Assembly: GCF_004010195.1 (NCBI RefSeq)
Contig: NC_057718.1
Span: 14,363,742 to 14,392,667 of the forward strand
Origin: Chiloscyllium plagiosum
Taxonomy: Eukaryota
Length of the DNA: 28,926 nt
Reading direction: 5' to 3'
Under the pieces are notes generated by a model. It was given only the letters and a program-made list of their open reading frames with translations, was not told the DNA's origin and ran no database searches. Shown piece by piece: positions 1 through 10,790 of this stretch (the stretch's first letter is position 1; each line of letters starts with the position of its first letter). A program made the translations under genes and the position numbers.

Positions 1-44
1 ACTGGGGCTTCACTCAGTGGGTCCACCCTTCCTGTCTCACACGT

Positions 45-125
45 GGAAATCCACACGCCTGGCAGAAACTGTGAAGAGAGGAGGAACAGTGAATGTTTTG
101 AGTCCAATATGTGTCTTCTTCAGAA
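45..125 (-). mobile_element. Degenerate Penelope-like terminal repeat fragment
   Basis: Minus strand reads ttCTGAAGAAgacacatattggactcAAAACattcact, resembling the family at 13111-13230 and 21315-21445. Confidence 0.45.
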
Positions 126-1408
126 TAATTTCAAACATTCAGCCTTGGGTGAGGTCGGGAATGCACTCATTTGCAATTCAAAGCTCGTCCCATACAGTGA
201 TCAAGGAGGAGTTAGTGTTTACACTATAACTTTGGGCCTTGGTATATCATTTACGAGGTGCACATTTAGTTTAGTTGTGAAGGTGACACTGCTGTAGTTT
301 GAATGAACTACATTCCTTCAATTCAGTGGAGGGGATGTCTCAGAATACTTCAACAAAGCAGTTAATAAAGCAATCATTGGAAACATGCCAGCCAGGAAGA
401 AGGAATGCTGCCTGTGTTTGGTCTTTGTTTCTGGTCCATCATTCAGATTAGTCACAAAGAGATGTATGTTTTGAAGAGCTGGCTGTAGTCACTGAGTGTT
501 CACCAGATGGCAGGAAATTCCAGGGTCATTCTCTGCGTCAAGAGTTGTTAACAACTTTTTCACAACATGGGCTCCTACAGACAAGGCCGGGTCCCCCACA
601 CACTGTATATCCCAAAACCATGGGTGGTGACCCAGCCCCACAGTGAGGTCACAGGAAGGGGGTTGGAGTCTCCAGCTCCAGTGACAACTGTGGAGTGGAT
701 TCTCCGATTTGATCATCTGGGGAATGGTTGCTGGATTGTTTTATTTTTGTCCGTGTGCTAAGTCTAATCCATTGAGCTCCGAGACTCCAAAAGAACCTGA
801 AAAATGGTCAGTGTCTTAGCTGTTCTAAGTACCCATAAACCTACTCTGCACTACCTCCCCTTTCCCCCAGTTTTCACTCTGGGTGATACTAAGTGTGAAG
901 TATTAAAATGGGGTCATGTTTGGGAAGCACTGACTTCTGTTATGTTGCAAGGATAACATGGCTGAGGGAACAATTAAATTATTGCCTTGTTTTGACATGT
1001 CCCTGCTTGCTCACTCTTCCATTGGTCCAAGTGTACGACCTATGACCTCTTTCTTTTGGTAAGATAATCGGCTAGTGAGCATTCTTGCTGACATTCCGTA
1101 AAATAAACAAACTGCTCGATTCCTTAACTTGTAACCACCAATTAATGGCACGTTCCAGGCCTTTCTGTGGCAGACATTTTGTGATTCTGAAATTGGAGCC
1201 AGTTTTGCTGTCAAATAATAACTGGGGGTTTGGAGGTAGAAATTGGGAGCTGCAAGATCAGCATAGGGAGGCCCTAATCAAGTCAAGCTCCTACCTTTCC
1301 TACCAAAAGTCCAAGCTGCAGTGGTGCAGAAAGTAGTCCTTAAGTTGCCATAAATTAATCTCACAGACAACAACAGGCTGCTTGAGGGGAGGAACAGGCT
1401 ACAGGGAG

Positions 1409-1619
1409 AAAGTGAGGTCTGCAGATGCTAGAGATCAGAGTTGAGAGTGTGTTGCTGGAAAAGCACAGCAGGTCAGGCAGCACCCGAGGAGCAGGAGAAT
1501 CGACGTTTCAGTTCGGAGCCCTTCAATCCTGATGAAGGGCTCCAGCCCAAAACATCGATTCTCCTGCTCCTCGGATGCTGCCTGACCTGCTGTGCTTTTC
1601 CAGCAGCACGCGCTCAACT
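1409..1619. mobile_element. Fold-back (palindromic) Penelope-like terminal-repeat element
   Basis: Arms 1439-1525 and 1533-1619 are reverse complements with a few mismatches. The sequence is the same family as the terminal repeat attached to the GIY-YIG remnant at 3077-3665. Confidence 0.8.
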
Positions 1620-1689
1620 GCTTGAGTTACAGGTTTATATTTAAACTTGATCCCAGGTCAAGGCTTGGCTTGTTTAGCTCTTAGGTCTG

Positions 1690-2250
1690 ACATCAGTAGC
1701 AAAGTAAGAGAAAAACCAGACAAATTGAAGATGAGTCAGGAAGGGCAGAGAGTTTGGTGCTGGATGGAAGATCACTAAGGAAAACTACCATGTTGCTAGC
1801 GAGAAGTATATACTTGGAATTGTTTTAAAGAGTCTAGATGCATTCACATATGCAATGAAGATTGAAGTGAGTCTCCAACCTGCCCATCCCTTCCTTGAAA
1901 GAAGAAATCTGGCCAACAGAAAGCATGACAAACCATCTCTCGTCCGAGCTCCATTGGCAGTTCAAAGTGAGAGTTGATGAGAAAATGAAAGCCACAAGGA
2001 AACTGACAGGTTGCTGGTATCACAGAGTACACCTGGAGATTGAAGCAAGTCAAAGTTTTTGGCTGAAGTAAATCAATGGCACAGTCACAAACCTTATTTG
2101 GAGTCGGTAATCACATCCAAGTTCAAGGTTGGCACAGTCATAGATGATGGAAGAGAAGAATCAAGCTCATAGAAATGGAAGGAGGTACCCAGACAGTGAG
2201 TAGGAAGCCAGATAAATTACTCAGAGGTATGTAGGAAGGAAGAAGAAAAA
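1690..2250 (-). mobile_element. Possible highly decayed L2-like LINE remnant
   Basis: Purine-rich + strand. The minus strand near 2100-2135 reads TLNLDVITD, loosely like the endonuclease motif (H)TLDLVIT. Weak support only. Confidence 0.2.
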
Positions 2251-2420
2251 TGTTCTTCTTTCCATTATTTCTTGTCAAAAAATGGTATTTTTGTTAAACA
2301 AATAATGGTGTTAAGGAAAAATACTCTGACAATATCAGCCACATATGGGTTGTTTATCATTACATAAAAACTAGTGTACAACCCAACCTGTTAAATTTTC
2401 AGACATTGACAATGTCCACT

Positions 2421-2716
2421 TTAGATTAGATTACTTACAGTGTGGAAACAGGCCCTTCGGCCCTCTGAAGAGCAACCCACCCAGACCCATTCCCCACTCT
2501 TACCCCTTCACCTAACAGTGCGGGCAATTTAGCATGGCCAGTTCACTTAATCTGCACATTTTTGGACTGTGGGAGGAAACCGGAGCACCCGGAGGAAACC
2601 CACACAGTCACGGGGAGAATGTGCAAACTCCACACAGACAATTACCTGAGATGGGAATTGACCCCAGGTCTCTGGCGCTGTGAGGCAGCAGTGCCAACCA
2701 CTGAGTCACCGTGCCA
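2421..2716 (-). mobile_element. tRNA-derived SINE (HE1/V-SINE-like)
   Basis: Reverse complement of the SINE at 15044-15358, including head, central ggagtttgcacattctccccgtg core and (taatc)n-like tail. Confidence 0.88.
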
Positions 2717-2954
2717 CTTTGTCAGCTAATGTTATTCTGGGAACTTATGTACACATACCATTTTACATTTTAATGGATAGTTGCTTTTTTCAGTGGAGAA
2801 GGAGTGTAATATATTGAGTATTTTGTTATATAGTTCATTTTGTTGCCCTTTCTGTTGGGGATGGTATGGAGAGCTCACTCAATAATACCTGCCAGTGGTT
2901 GAGCATGTAGTAGTCTTGCTGTAGAGATGTTCAGAAATGGAATTCTAGATAGAG

Positions 2955-3073
2955 ATATACTTGATTAGGTTTTGTGAGGAGGTGACTAAGAAGATAGATG
3001 AAGGAAAAGCAGTAGGAAAAGCTGCCATATGGACTGTAGCAAGTCCTTTGACAAAGCTTGGTAGACTGGTTAG
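2955..3073 (+). mobile_element. CR1 LINE ORF2 fragment, 5' piece (interrupted by PLE)
   Basis: Degenerate RT coding: ...EEVTKKIDEGKAV...YMDxSKxFDK...GRLV, which continues at 3957. Confidence 0.75.
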
Positions 3074-3076
3074 GAG

Positions 3077-3955
3077 AAAGTGAGGACTGCAGATGCTGGA
3101 GATCAGAATCAAAATGTGTGGCACTAGAAAAGTGCAGCAGGTCAGGTAGCACCCAGGAGCAGGAGAGTCGATGTTTTGGGCATAAGCCCTTCATCAGGAA
3201 TGTGAGGTGGGGGAGGCAAGGGGGCTGAAAGATAAATAGGAGGGGTTGGGACTGGGGGGAAGGTAGCTGGGAAGGCCATAGGTAGATGAAGGTGGGGGTG
3301 AAGATGATAGGTCGGAGGGGAGTGTGGAGCAGATAGGTGGCAAGGATAATGGACAGGTAGATGGTTCAAGAGGGCGGCGCCGAGTTGGGAGGTTGGATCT
3401 GGAATAAGGCGGGAGGAGGGGAAATGGGGAAACTGGTGAAATCCAGATTGATCCCATCTGGTTGAAGTATCCCAAGGTGGAAAATGAGGTATTCTTCCTC
3501 CAGGCATTGGGTGGTTAGGCTTTGGCGGTGGAGTAGGCCCAGGACCTGCATATGGTTGAAGGAGTGGGAGGGAGAGTTATAGTGTTCAGCCACAGAGCGG
3601 TGGGGCTGTTTAGTGTGTGTGTCCCGGAGATGTTCTCTGAAACGTTCCGCAAGTTGGCGCCCTTAGAGTGGGAGGGGAGTTGAACATCTCCGGGACACAC
3701 ACATTAAACAGCCCCACCACCATGTGGCCAACCACTTCAACCCCCTCCCCCCACTCCCTCCCACTCCGCCAAGGACATGCAGGTCCTGGGCCTCCTCCAT
3801 CGCCAAACCCTAACCACCCGACACCTGGAGGAAGAATGCCTCAACTTCTGCCTTGGGACCCTCCAACCACATGATGCCCGAAATGTCAATTCTCCTGCTG
3901 CTCGGATGCTGCCTGACCTGCTGTGCTTTTCCAAGTGCCACACATTTTGATCTTG
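3077..3955 (-). mobile_element. 5'-truncated Penelope-like retroelement with GIY-YIG endonuclease C-terminal remnant and inverted partial copy
   Basis: Minus strand ~3660-3430 encodes RQLAERFREHLRDTHTKQPHRSVAEHYNSPSHSFNHMQVLGLLHRQSLTTQCLEEEYLIFHLGILQPDGINLDFTSF, typical of the PLE GIY-YIG C-terminus. 3686-3952 is an inverted, internally deleted copy of 3110-3632. Confidence 0.85.
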
Positions 3956-3956
3956 A

Positions 3957-5061
3957 TAGACTGGTCAGTTAGGTTGGATCCCATGGGATCCAGGGAGAGC
4001 TAGACAATTGGATACAAAATTGACTTGACGGTAAGACACAGAGGATGTTGGTAGAGGCTTGTTATTCAGGCTGGAGGCCTCTGACCAACAGTGTGCCGAA
4101 AGGAGCAGTGCTGAGTCCACTGTGGTTGCCATTTATATAAAGAATTTGGGTGAGAATATAGGAGGCGTGGGTGGTTAGTAAGTTTGCAGATGACACCAAC
4201 ATTGGTGGTATATTGGACAGTGAAGAAGGTTATCTAAGATTACAATGGGATCTTGATCAGCTGGGCCAGTGGGCCAAGGAACGGCTGATGGAGTTTTGTG
4301 GAAGGACAAACCAGGGCAGGACTTACATAGTTAATGGTGGTGCCCTGGGCAGTGTTGTTGAATGGAGACACCTGGGGTGTAGGGACATAGTGTTGCCACA
4401 CATAGATAGGGTGGTGAAGAAGGTGTTTGGCACACTTGTCTTCATTGGTCAGATTGCTGAGTACAGGAGTTGGCTTATCATATTATGGCCGTACAAAATA
4501 TTGCTAAAATCACATTTGGAGTACTGCGCGCAATTCAGGTCACCCTACTATAGGAAGGATGTTATTAAATTGGAAAGGTGCAAAGAAGATTTACAAGGAT
4601 GTTGCTGAGACAGGAGGGTTTGAGTTATAAGGAGAGGCTGATACGTTGGGTATTTTGTTCCCTGGAGTGTAGGAGTCTGAGGAGGGACCTTATAGAGGTT
4701 TATAAAATCATGAGGGGCATGGATAAGGTAAATAGGAAGATCGTCTCCCCAGGATAGGGGAGTCCAAACCTTGAGGGCACAGATTAAAGATGAGAAGGGA
4801 AAGGTTTAATAGGGACCGAAGGGGTGACTTTTTCACACAGTGGATGGTGTGTATATGGAACAAGCTGCCAGAAGAAGTGGTCGAGACAGATACAATTACA
4901 ACATTTAAATGGCATTTGGATAGGTACGTAGATAGGAAAGATTTGGAGGGATATGAGCCAAATGCTGGCGAATGGCACCAGTTCAGTTTAGGAAACCTGA
5001 TCAGTATGGAGAGGGTAGACCAAGGGGTCTGTGTCTGTGCTGTATGACTCCATGATACTAT
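3957..5061 (+). mobile_element. CR1 LINE ORF2 3' fragment with 3' UTR (pseudogenised)
   Basis: Contains SKFADDT (RT catalytic motif), LQWDLDQL, HLEYCAQF, WNKLPEEVVE, and the CR1-like tail ctgtatgactccatga, with frameshifts and stops. Confidence 0.92.
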
Positions 5062-6344
5062 GTTGAACTGCCCATGAAGGGATAAAGTAGGTGAGGGGTG
5101 TTCACATTTTAAGAAAACTGTACCAAGGTATATTGCATGGTTATTTTAAGTATATAATATAGATACATTCAGTATATCATGCAGTACACTATGTTAACAC
5201 AGCCACATTAATTATAAAATACATAGCATACCATACAGATACAACGTGTTAAGTATATCGTATATTATATTCATTATATCAGACAGGTACATTACGATAA
5301 AAATAATCATGCAGTTATGTTAGGTGTTCACAAATTAATATTGCAGACAGCGTTTTCAAGGCTGAGGTAGCTATGTAAACTCCTGGCAAATGATTAGTCC
5401 TTGTGGAAGTCATGTTATCTGGCTCACTGTACATGGAAGTTATTAAGTGGGTGAGGGAGCTGAGATCTGCAGCAAACCAGTCACCACTTAGAACTTCCAG
5501 ATAAAAAGTAAATGGAAACTTGGCAGTGGGTGGGAACATGAGGATTTTTAAGAACAGGAAATGGTTGTTAGGCCTCAACAAAGCCTTTCTATTTGTCACA
5601 GACCTCTGCTATGCCGAAACACTTTCACACACAACGCTCAAATCTGTCTCTTTCCAAAAACCATGTCTAATTACTGCTCCACCCCATTTATTTTCTTCAC
5701 TTCAATGGCTTTTTCTGCTACTTTCTTGTCCATTTCTGTGACTCTTTGGCTTGAAATGTGTTTCACTTCTAACTTCCTAAACTTGAAACTCCTAAAATAT
5801 GGAACTTGGTATCTACCTGGCATTCTGTGGTGAATCATTTGTCTGGATTGACTTTGATCTTGGCAAATTGCCCCAGTTTCAAATAGGACACCTCAAAGTT
5901 CCCCACATCTAAGGAAAGCACACAGCAAGTACTTAGGTTTAACATTGTGTAAAAATGTTCCTAATTCGTAGATTTTACAGACACACTAATGATTTATTAC
6001 TGAAGTGTAAGTGGTCCCAGTCCATGAATAAAAGGACAAGAGTCCTTTTATATTTAATAGGAAGAGATACAATTTGGCACTGTTGAAGAGGGCTACAGGC
6101 ATGAGCAGCCTTTTTAACTTAAAATGGTTTCTTTTAAAAGCTATTTAATGACAATACATTAATACAGAAATATCTGAAAGAAGGAAATGGGTGGTTCGGA
6201 TGCCAAGCCCTAAGAGACTTTTTTAACAAATGTATTCTTGGTTCACACTTTCCACTGAGTTGTGACCTGAGAAATATTAAATATCAGACCTTTCAGAGAG
6301 CCCCTTGACTGGACGCTGCTTCATTTTATGGTATTTCACTGTGG

Positions 6345-6362
6345 TCTCTCTCTCTCTCTCTC
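6345..6362 (+). repeat. (TC)9 microsatellite
   Basis: Direct reading of the sequence. Confidence 0.9.
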
Positions 6363-6769
6363 GGAGCATCATAGCTCTCCTGATTTCCACCTTCTCTGAT
6401 GTTCTCCATTTGTCCCTCTCTGGATAGCACCAACAAAGCAGGCTTCCAAGAGGACTTGCCGAAGACTTAGAGGCTATTTACAATCCGATGTACTGTAGTG
6501 GATGCCTTTTTTTTTTAATTGTTACAACTGGGTTGTGAGGGTTTATTTCCACAGGCTGACTCTCTTTGAACAGAACAGAGTTTGGATTTCAAAAGGGAGG
6601 TAATATCTATTGTCCATTGTATAAATATAAGACTGTGTCTAGCTCAGTATCAGAAAATTCAGACAGATTCCTTTATGAACAAATAAAAGAGCAAGTTTAT
6701 TGCACATAAAAATTTCTCAAGTGAAGTTGCATAGATTTTTAACTAATGGTGCAAACAACTATACAGTTT

Positions 6770-7530
6770 TTACTTATTCCTTCATGGGATATGAGCTGTG
6801 CTGGCTGGCTAGTATTTATTGCCCAGCCCTCGTTGCCCTTAAGAAGGTGGTGGTGAGCTGCCTTCTTGAACTGCTGCAGTCTGTTTGATGTAGATAGCCC
6901 CATAAGGCTGTTAGGGAGGGAATTCAGGATCTTGACCAAGCAGCTGAAGGAACAGTGATATATTCATACACGAGAATGATGAGTAGGTTGGAAAGGAATT
7001 TGCAGATAGTGGTGTATCCATGAATTTACTGTCTTTGTTCTTCTGGGTGGTAGTGGTCTGGGTTTGGCAGGCACCATCTAAGGCAACTTGCTGGATTTCG
7101 GGACAGTGCATCTTGCATATGGTACACACTGCAACCACAACCTCAGTGGTGGAGAGAATAGATGTTTGTGGATGCGGTGCCAATCAAGCGGACTGCTTTG
7201 TCCTGGATGGTGTCAAGCTTCTTGAGTGTTCTTGGAGCTGCACTCATCCAGGCAAATGGGGAGTAATGTATTATACTCCTGACTTGTGCCTTATACATGC
7301 ACAAGAGTCAGACATTGAGTTACTTGCTGTACGATTTCTAGCCTCTGACTTACTGTTATAGCTACGGTATTTATATGATTAGTCCAGTTCAATTTCTGGT
7401 CAATGGTAAGCCCCAGGATGCTACTGTCAGGGGATTCACTGTTGGTAGTGCCACTGGATGTGAAGGGGCGATGGTTGGAGTCTCTCTCATTGGGGTGATC
7501 ATTGCCTGGCATTTTTGTGGTAAGAATGAT
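6770..7530 (-). mobile_element. LINE 3' fragment of the CR1/L2 group (Zenon-like)
   Basis: Minus-strand fragments ILGLTIDQKLNWTNHINTVA and NSLPNSLMGLSTSNRLQQFKKAAHHHLLKGN are typical post-RT C-terminal regions, followed by aataaa in the short 3' UTR. The clade assignment is tentative. Confidence 0.7.
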
Positions 7531-7569
7531 CAAAGAAAGTGCTGTCGGTACTTTTCTTGATGCCTTTGA

Positions 7570-7802
7570 GCGGCACGGTGGCACAGTGGTTAGCACTGCT
7601 GCCTCACAGCGCCAGAGACCCGGGTTCAATTCCCGCCGTGGAATGTGGAGTTTGCACATTCTCCCCGTGTCTGCGTGGGTTTCCTCCGGGTGCTCCGGTT
7701 TCCTCCCACAATCCAAAAATGTGCAGGTTAGGTGAATTGGCCAGGCTAAATTGCCCGTAGTGTTAGGTGAATGGGGTAAATGTAGGGGAATGGGTCTGGG
7801 TG
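7570..7802 (+). mobile_element. tRNA-derived SINE (HE1-like), runs into assembly gap
   Basis: A box TGGCACAGTGG at 7579-7589, B box GGTTCAATTCC at 7623-7633, and the shared central core. Confidence 0.9.
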
Positions 7803-7850
7803 NNNNNNNNNNNNNNNNNNNNNNNNNNNNNNNNNNNNNNNNNNNNNNNN

Positions 7851-8114
7851 GCCTTGAAGATATTTAGCGTCCCAGCCTCCACTGCACTCTGTGGCAATGA
7901 ATTCCACAGGCCCACCACTCTCTGGCTGAAGAAATGTCTCCGCATTTCTGTTCTGAATTTACCCCCTCTAATTCTAAGGCTGTGTCCACGGGTCCTAGTC
8001 TCCTCGCCTAACGGAAACAATTTCCTAGTGTCCACCCTCTCCAAGCCATGTATTATCTTGTAAGTTTCTATTAGATCTCCCCTTAATCTTCTAAACTCCA
8101 ATGCATACAATCCC
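7851..8114 (-). mobile_element. Young CR1 LINE 3' fragment
   Basis: Open frame GLYALEFRRLRGDLIETYKI...FFSQRVVGLWNSLP. About 19 mismatches in 264 nt (manual count) against 24735-24998. Confidence 0.93.
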
Positions 8115-8280
8115 ATGTGGTAAATTTGGTGGGAAATTGGTTGATTGTCTCCACAAAGTGAATATGATCTTTTATTGAAACGTATTCGAAATGAGGAGGA
8201 GAAAGACTTTCTTAATTTGCTTCAAAGGTTAACGGGATTGTTTTTGTTTTGTTATTCTCCACTGATTTTCGTCCTGATAG

Positions 8281-8487
8281 GTGAAGGTTATGCTACGGAT
8301 CTGCTCGGCATCGGTTGGGGACATGTCAGAATCCAGCTGCTTCTTCAAAGTGGACCCCCGCAAGAAGCAGATCACACTGTACGACCCACCGGTAAATGGG
8401 CTGCAGAATTCCTCACAGAAGAGGGGGGGCCTGGTGCCACCAAAGATGTTTGCTTTTGACGCTGTCTTCCCACAAGATTCATCGCAG
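8281..8487 (+). CDS. KIF26B: KIF26B internal coding exon (start of kinesin motor domain), phase 0 to 0
   Basis: Acceptor ctgatag|GTG and donor CAG|gtcagt; 207 nt. Encodes [69 protein letters not shown], matching the recalled KIF26B motor N-terminus (KVMLRIC...[14 protein letters not shown]...[15 protein letters not shown]). Confidence 0.95.
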
Positions 8488-8667
8488 GTCAGTCGCAAAG
8501 TAGCCACCATCTTCTGTAACGTTTTAGTGTGTAAATACTATGGCGGTCTCTCCAGCCCACTCCCTGTACAGGACAATGAACTGTATCTTTTGAAGTCTTA
8601 GATTGTTGAACGTTTGATGCACCACACACCAAGGTCTTTGAAACTTGGCTGGAGCTTTCATTTAGGA

Positions 8668-8788
8668 GAAATTGAGAACTGCAGATGCTGGAGATCAGAG
8701 TTGAGAGTGTGTTGCTGGAAAAACACAGCAGGTCAGGCAGCATCCGAGGAGCAGGAGAATCGACGTTTCGGTCATAAGCCCTTCATCA
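8668..8788 (-). mobile_element. Solo Penelope-like terminal repeat
   Basis: Near-identical to 1409-1525 and similar to 3077-3197. Minus strand reads tTGATGAAgggcttatgaccGAAACgtcg. Confidence 0.8.
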
Positions 8789-8814
8789 AGAAAGACATTT
8801 CTTTTGTCTGTTTC

Positions 8815-8818
<4 letters not shown>

Positions 8819-8847
<29 letters not shown>
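8819..8847 (+). repeat. (GA)14 microsatellite
   Basis: Direct reading of the sequence. Confidence 0.92.
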
Positions 8848-8849
<2 letters not shown>

Positions 8850-8883
8850 AACCATTTAGCGGCTTCCTCCTGACTCTTGGCTT

Positions 8884-9696
8884 TGGTCAGATGGTGCAGT
8901 GGGCCAAGGAGGGAAGATGGAGTTTAATTTAGATAAATGTCAGGTGTTGCATTTTGGGAAGGCAAATCAGGGCAGGAGTTACACAGTTAAGAGTCCTGGA
9001 GAGTGTTGCCAAACAAATGGACCAAGTAGTGCAGGTTCGTAGTTCCTTAAAAGTGGAGTTGCAGATAGGCAGGGTGGTGAAGAAGGCGTTTGCTATGCTT
9101 ACCTTCATTGGTCAGCGCATTGAGTACAGGAGTTGGGAGGTAATGTTGCAGCTGTACAGGACACTGGTTAGGCCACTTCTAGAATACTACTTTCAAGTCT
9201 GGTCTCCCTGCTTTCAGAAAGATGTTGTGAAACTTGAAAGGGTTCAGAAAAGATTTACAAAGTATATTGCCAGGGTTGGAGGATTTGAGCTATAGGCAGA
9301 GGCTGAATAGGCGAGGGCTGTTTTCCCTGGAGCGTCAGAGACTGAGGGGTGACCTGATAGAGGTTTATAAAACTATGAGGGGCATAGATAAGGTGAATAG
9401 CCAACGTCTTCTTCCCAGTGTGGGGGAGTCCAAAACTAGAAGGCACAGGTTTAAGGTGAGAGGGAAAAGATATAAAAGGGGTAATGCATGTGTGGAATGA
9501 GCTGTCAGAGATAGTGGTGGAAGCAGGTGCAGTTACATTTAAAAGACATCTGGATTGATACATGAATAGGAAGTTTAGAGGGCTATGGACCAAATGCTGG
9601 CAAATGGGACTAGATTAATTTAGGATATCTGGTCGGCAGAGACCAGTTGGACCGAATGGTCTGTTCCATTGCTGTACAACTCGATGACTGTATGAC
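8884..9696 (+). mobile_element. CR1 LINE ORF2 3' fragment with 3' UTR
   Basis: LYRTLVRPLLEY, LERVQKRFTK and RLRGDLIEVYK motifs in shifting frames, followed by a CR1 tail. Confidence 0.92.
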
Positions 9697-10324
9697 ACTT
9701 CAATCAGATCGTGCCTAATCTGTATCTTAACTCCATCTATTGGTCTCAGCTCCAAAGCAAGCCCAAGAACAATAGGAGCAGGAGTGAATTACACACTTGT
9801 ATCAAGCTGCTCCACCTCTGGGTCAACTCCACTGTCCCACCTTTCTCATCTTCTTCACTGTTGGAAAATCTATTGATGTTTCACTGTTGAAGACTCTCAA
9901 CAACTGATTCCTGACAAACAAATACCCACTGATCTCTGATTTTAGACGTTAGGGATTGCAGAATTGTGAGAAGGAGGCCATTTGGCCCATCTGTAAATGA
10001 ATGTTTCACTTTGTGCCATCCCACTCTGCATTCACTCTGTGACCTTGCACATGATTCCTCTTCGATAAAAATTTAATTCGCTTTTGAATGGCTCAGATGA
10101 TCTCAGCTTGCCTCCACCACACTCTCCATCAGTGCATTCTAGACCTTAGCCACTTGCTGTGACTCTGTTCCTCTCATGCAATTCATCCTTTTTTTTGCCA
10201 ACGATTTTAAATTGACACTATCTCACTCTCGATCCTTTTACAAGTGTGAACAGTTTCTCCTTATCCACTCTGTCCAAATCACCTCTCAACCTTCCCTTCT
10301 CCAAGAGACTGACTCTCCTTCTCA

Positions 10325-10577
10325 GGTGGCTCAGTGGTTAGCACTGCTGCCTCCCAGTGCCAGGAACCTGGGTTCAATTCCAGTCTTGGGTGACTCTCCA
10401 TGTGGAGTTGGCACATTCTCCGTGGGTTTCCTCCCACAGTCCAAAGATGTGCAGGTTAGGTGGATTAGTCATGGTAACTGTGGGGTTATGGAGATAATGG
10501 GTCTGGGCGGGATGCTTTTTGGAGGGTCAGCACAGACTGAATGGCCTCTATCTGCACTGTAGGGATTCTATGATTCT
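10325..10577 (+). mobile_element. tRNA-derived SINE (HE1-like)
   Basis: gtggctcagtggttagcactgctgcctc head, B box ggttcaattcc, and tail tgtagggattctatgattct. Confidence 0.87.
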
Positions 10578-10589
10578 CCAACTTGGAGA

Positions 10590-10790
10590 TAGGAAGGACT
10601 GCAGATGCTATAAAGTCAGATTTGATAAAATGTGGAGCTGGAAAAAGCACAGCAGGTCAAGCAGCATCAGAGGAACAGAAGAGTCAACACTTCAGGCAAG
10701 GTCCTTCATCTTGCCTGATACGTTGTCTCTCCTGCTCTTCTGATGCTGCTTGACCAACTGTGCTTTTTCCAACTCCACATTTTATCGACT
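10590..10790. mobile_element. Fold-back Penelope-like terminal-repeat element with 13-bp flanking direct repeat
   Basis: Arms 10624-10700 and 10710-10786 are reverse complements. atgattctccaac occurs at both 10570-10582 and 10794-10806. Confidence 0.8.

Noticed and set aside
1378..1626. ctgcttgag direct repeat (1378-1386 and 1618-1626) as TSD of the first hairpin element
   Set aside because: The left copy lies ~20 nt from the element start and the match is only 9 bp, so it is not reliable without an empty-site comparison.
1435..1644. Sense/antisense pair of similar small proteins (toxin-antitoxin-like)
   Set aside because: Both ORFs arise from the DNA palindrome of a repeat element.
6399..6470. 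Short ATG ORF (MFSICPSLDSTNKAGFQEDLPKT) as an alternative first exon
   Set aside because: It ends in a stop with no evident donor connecting it to 8281 and has no recognisable similarity.
7570..7640. tRNA gene (A and B boxes), also at 10325, 15044 and 22067
   Set aside because: Each tRNA-like head continues into a shared SINE body and LINE-derived tail, and there are seven dispersed copies. These are SINEs, not tRNAs.
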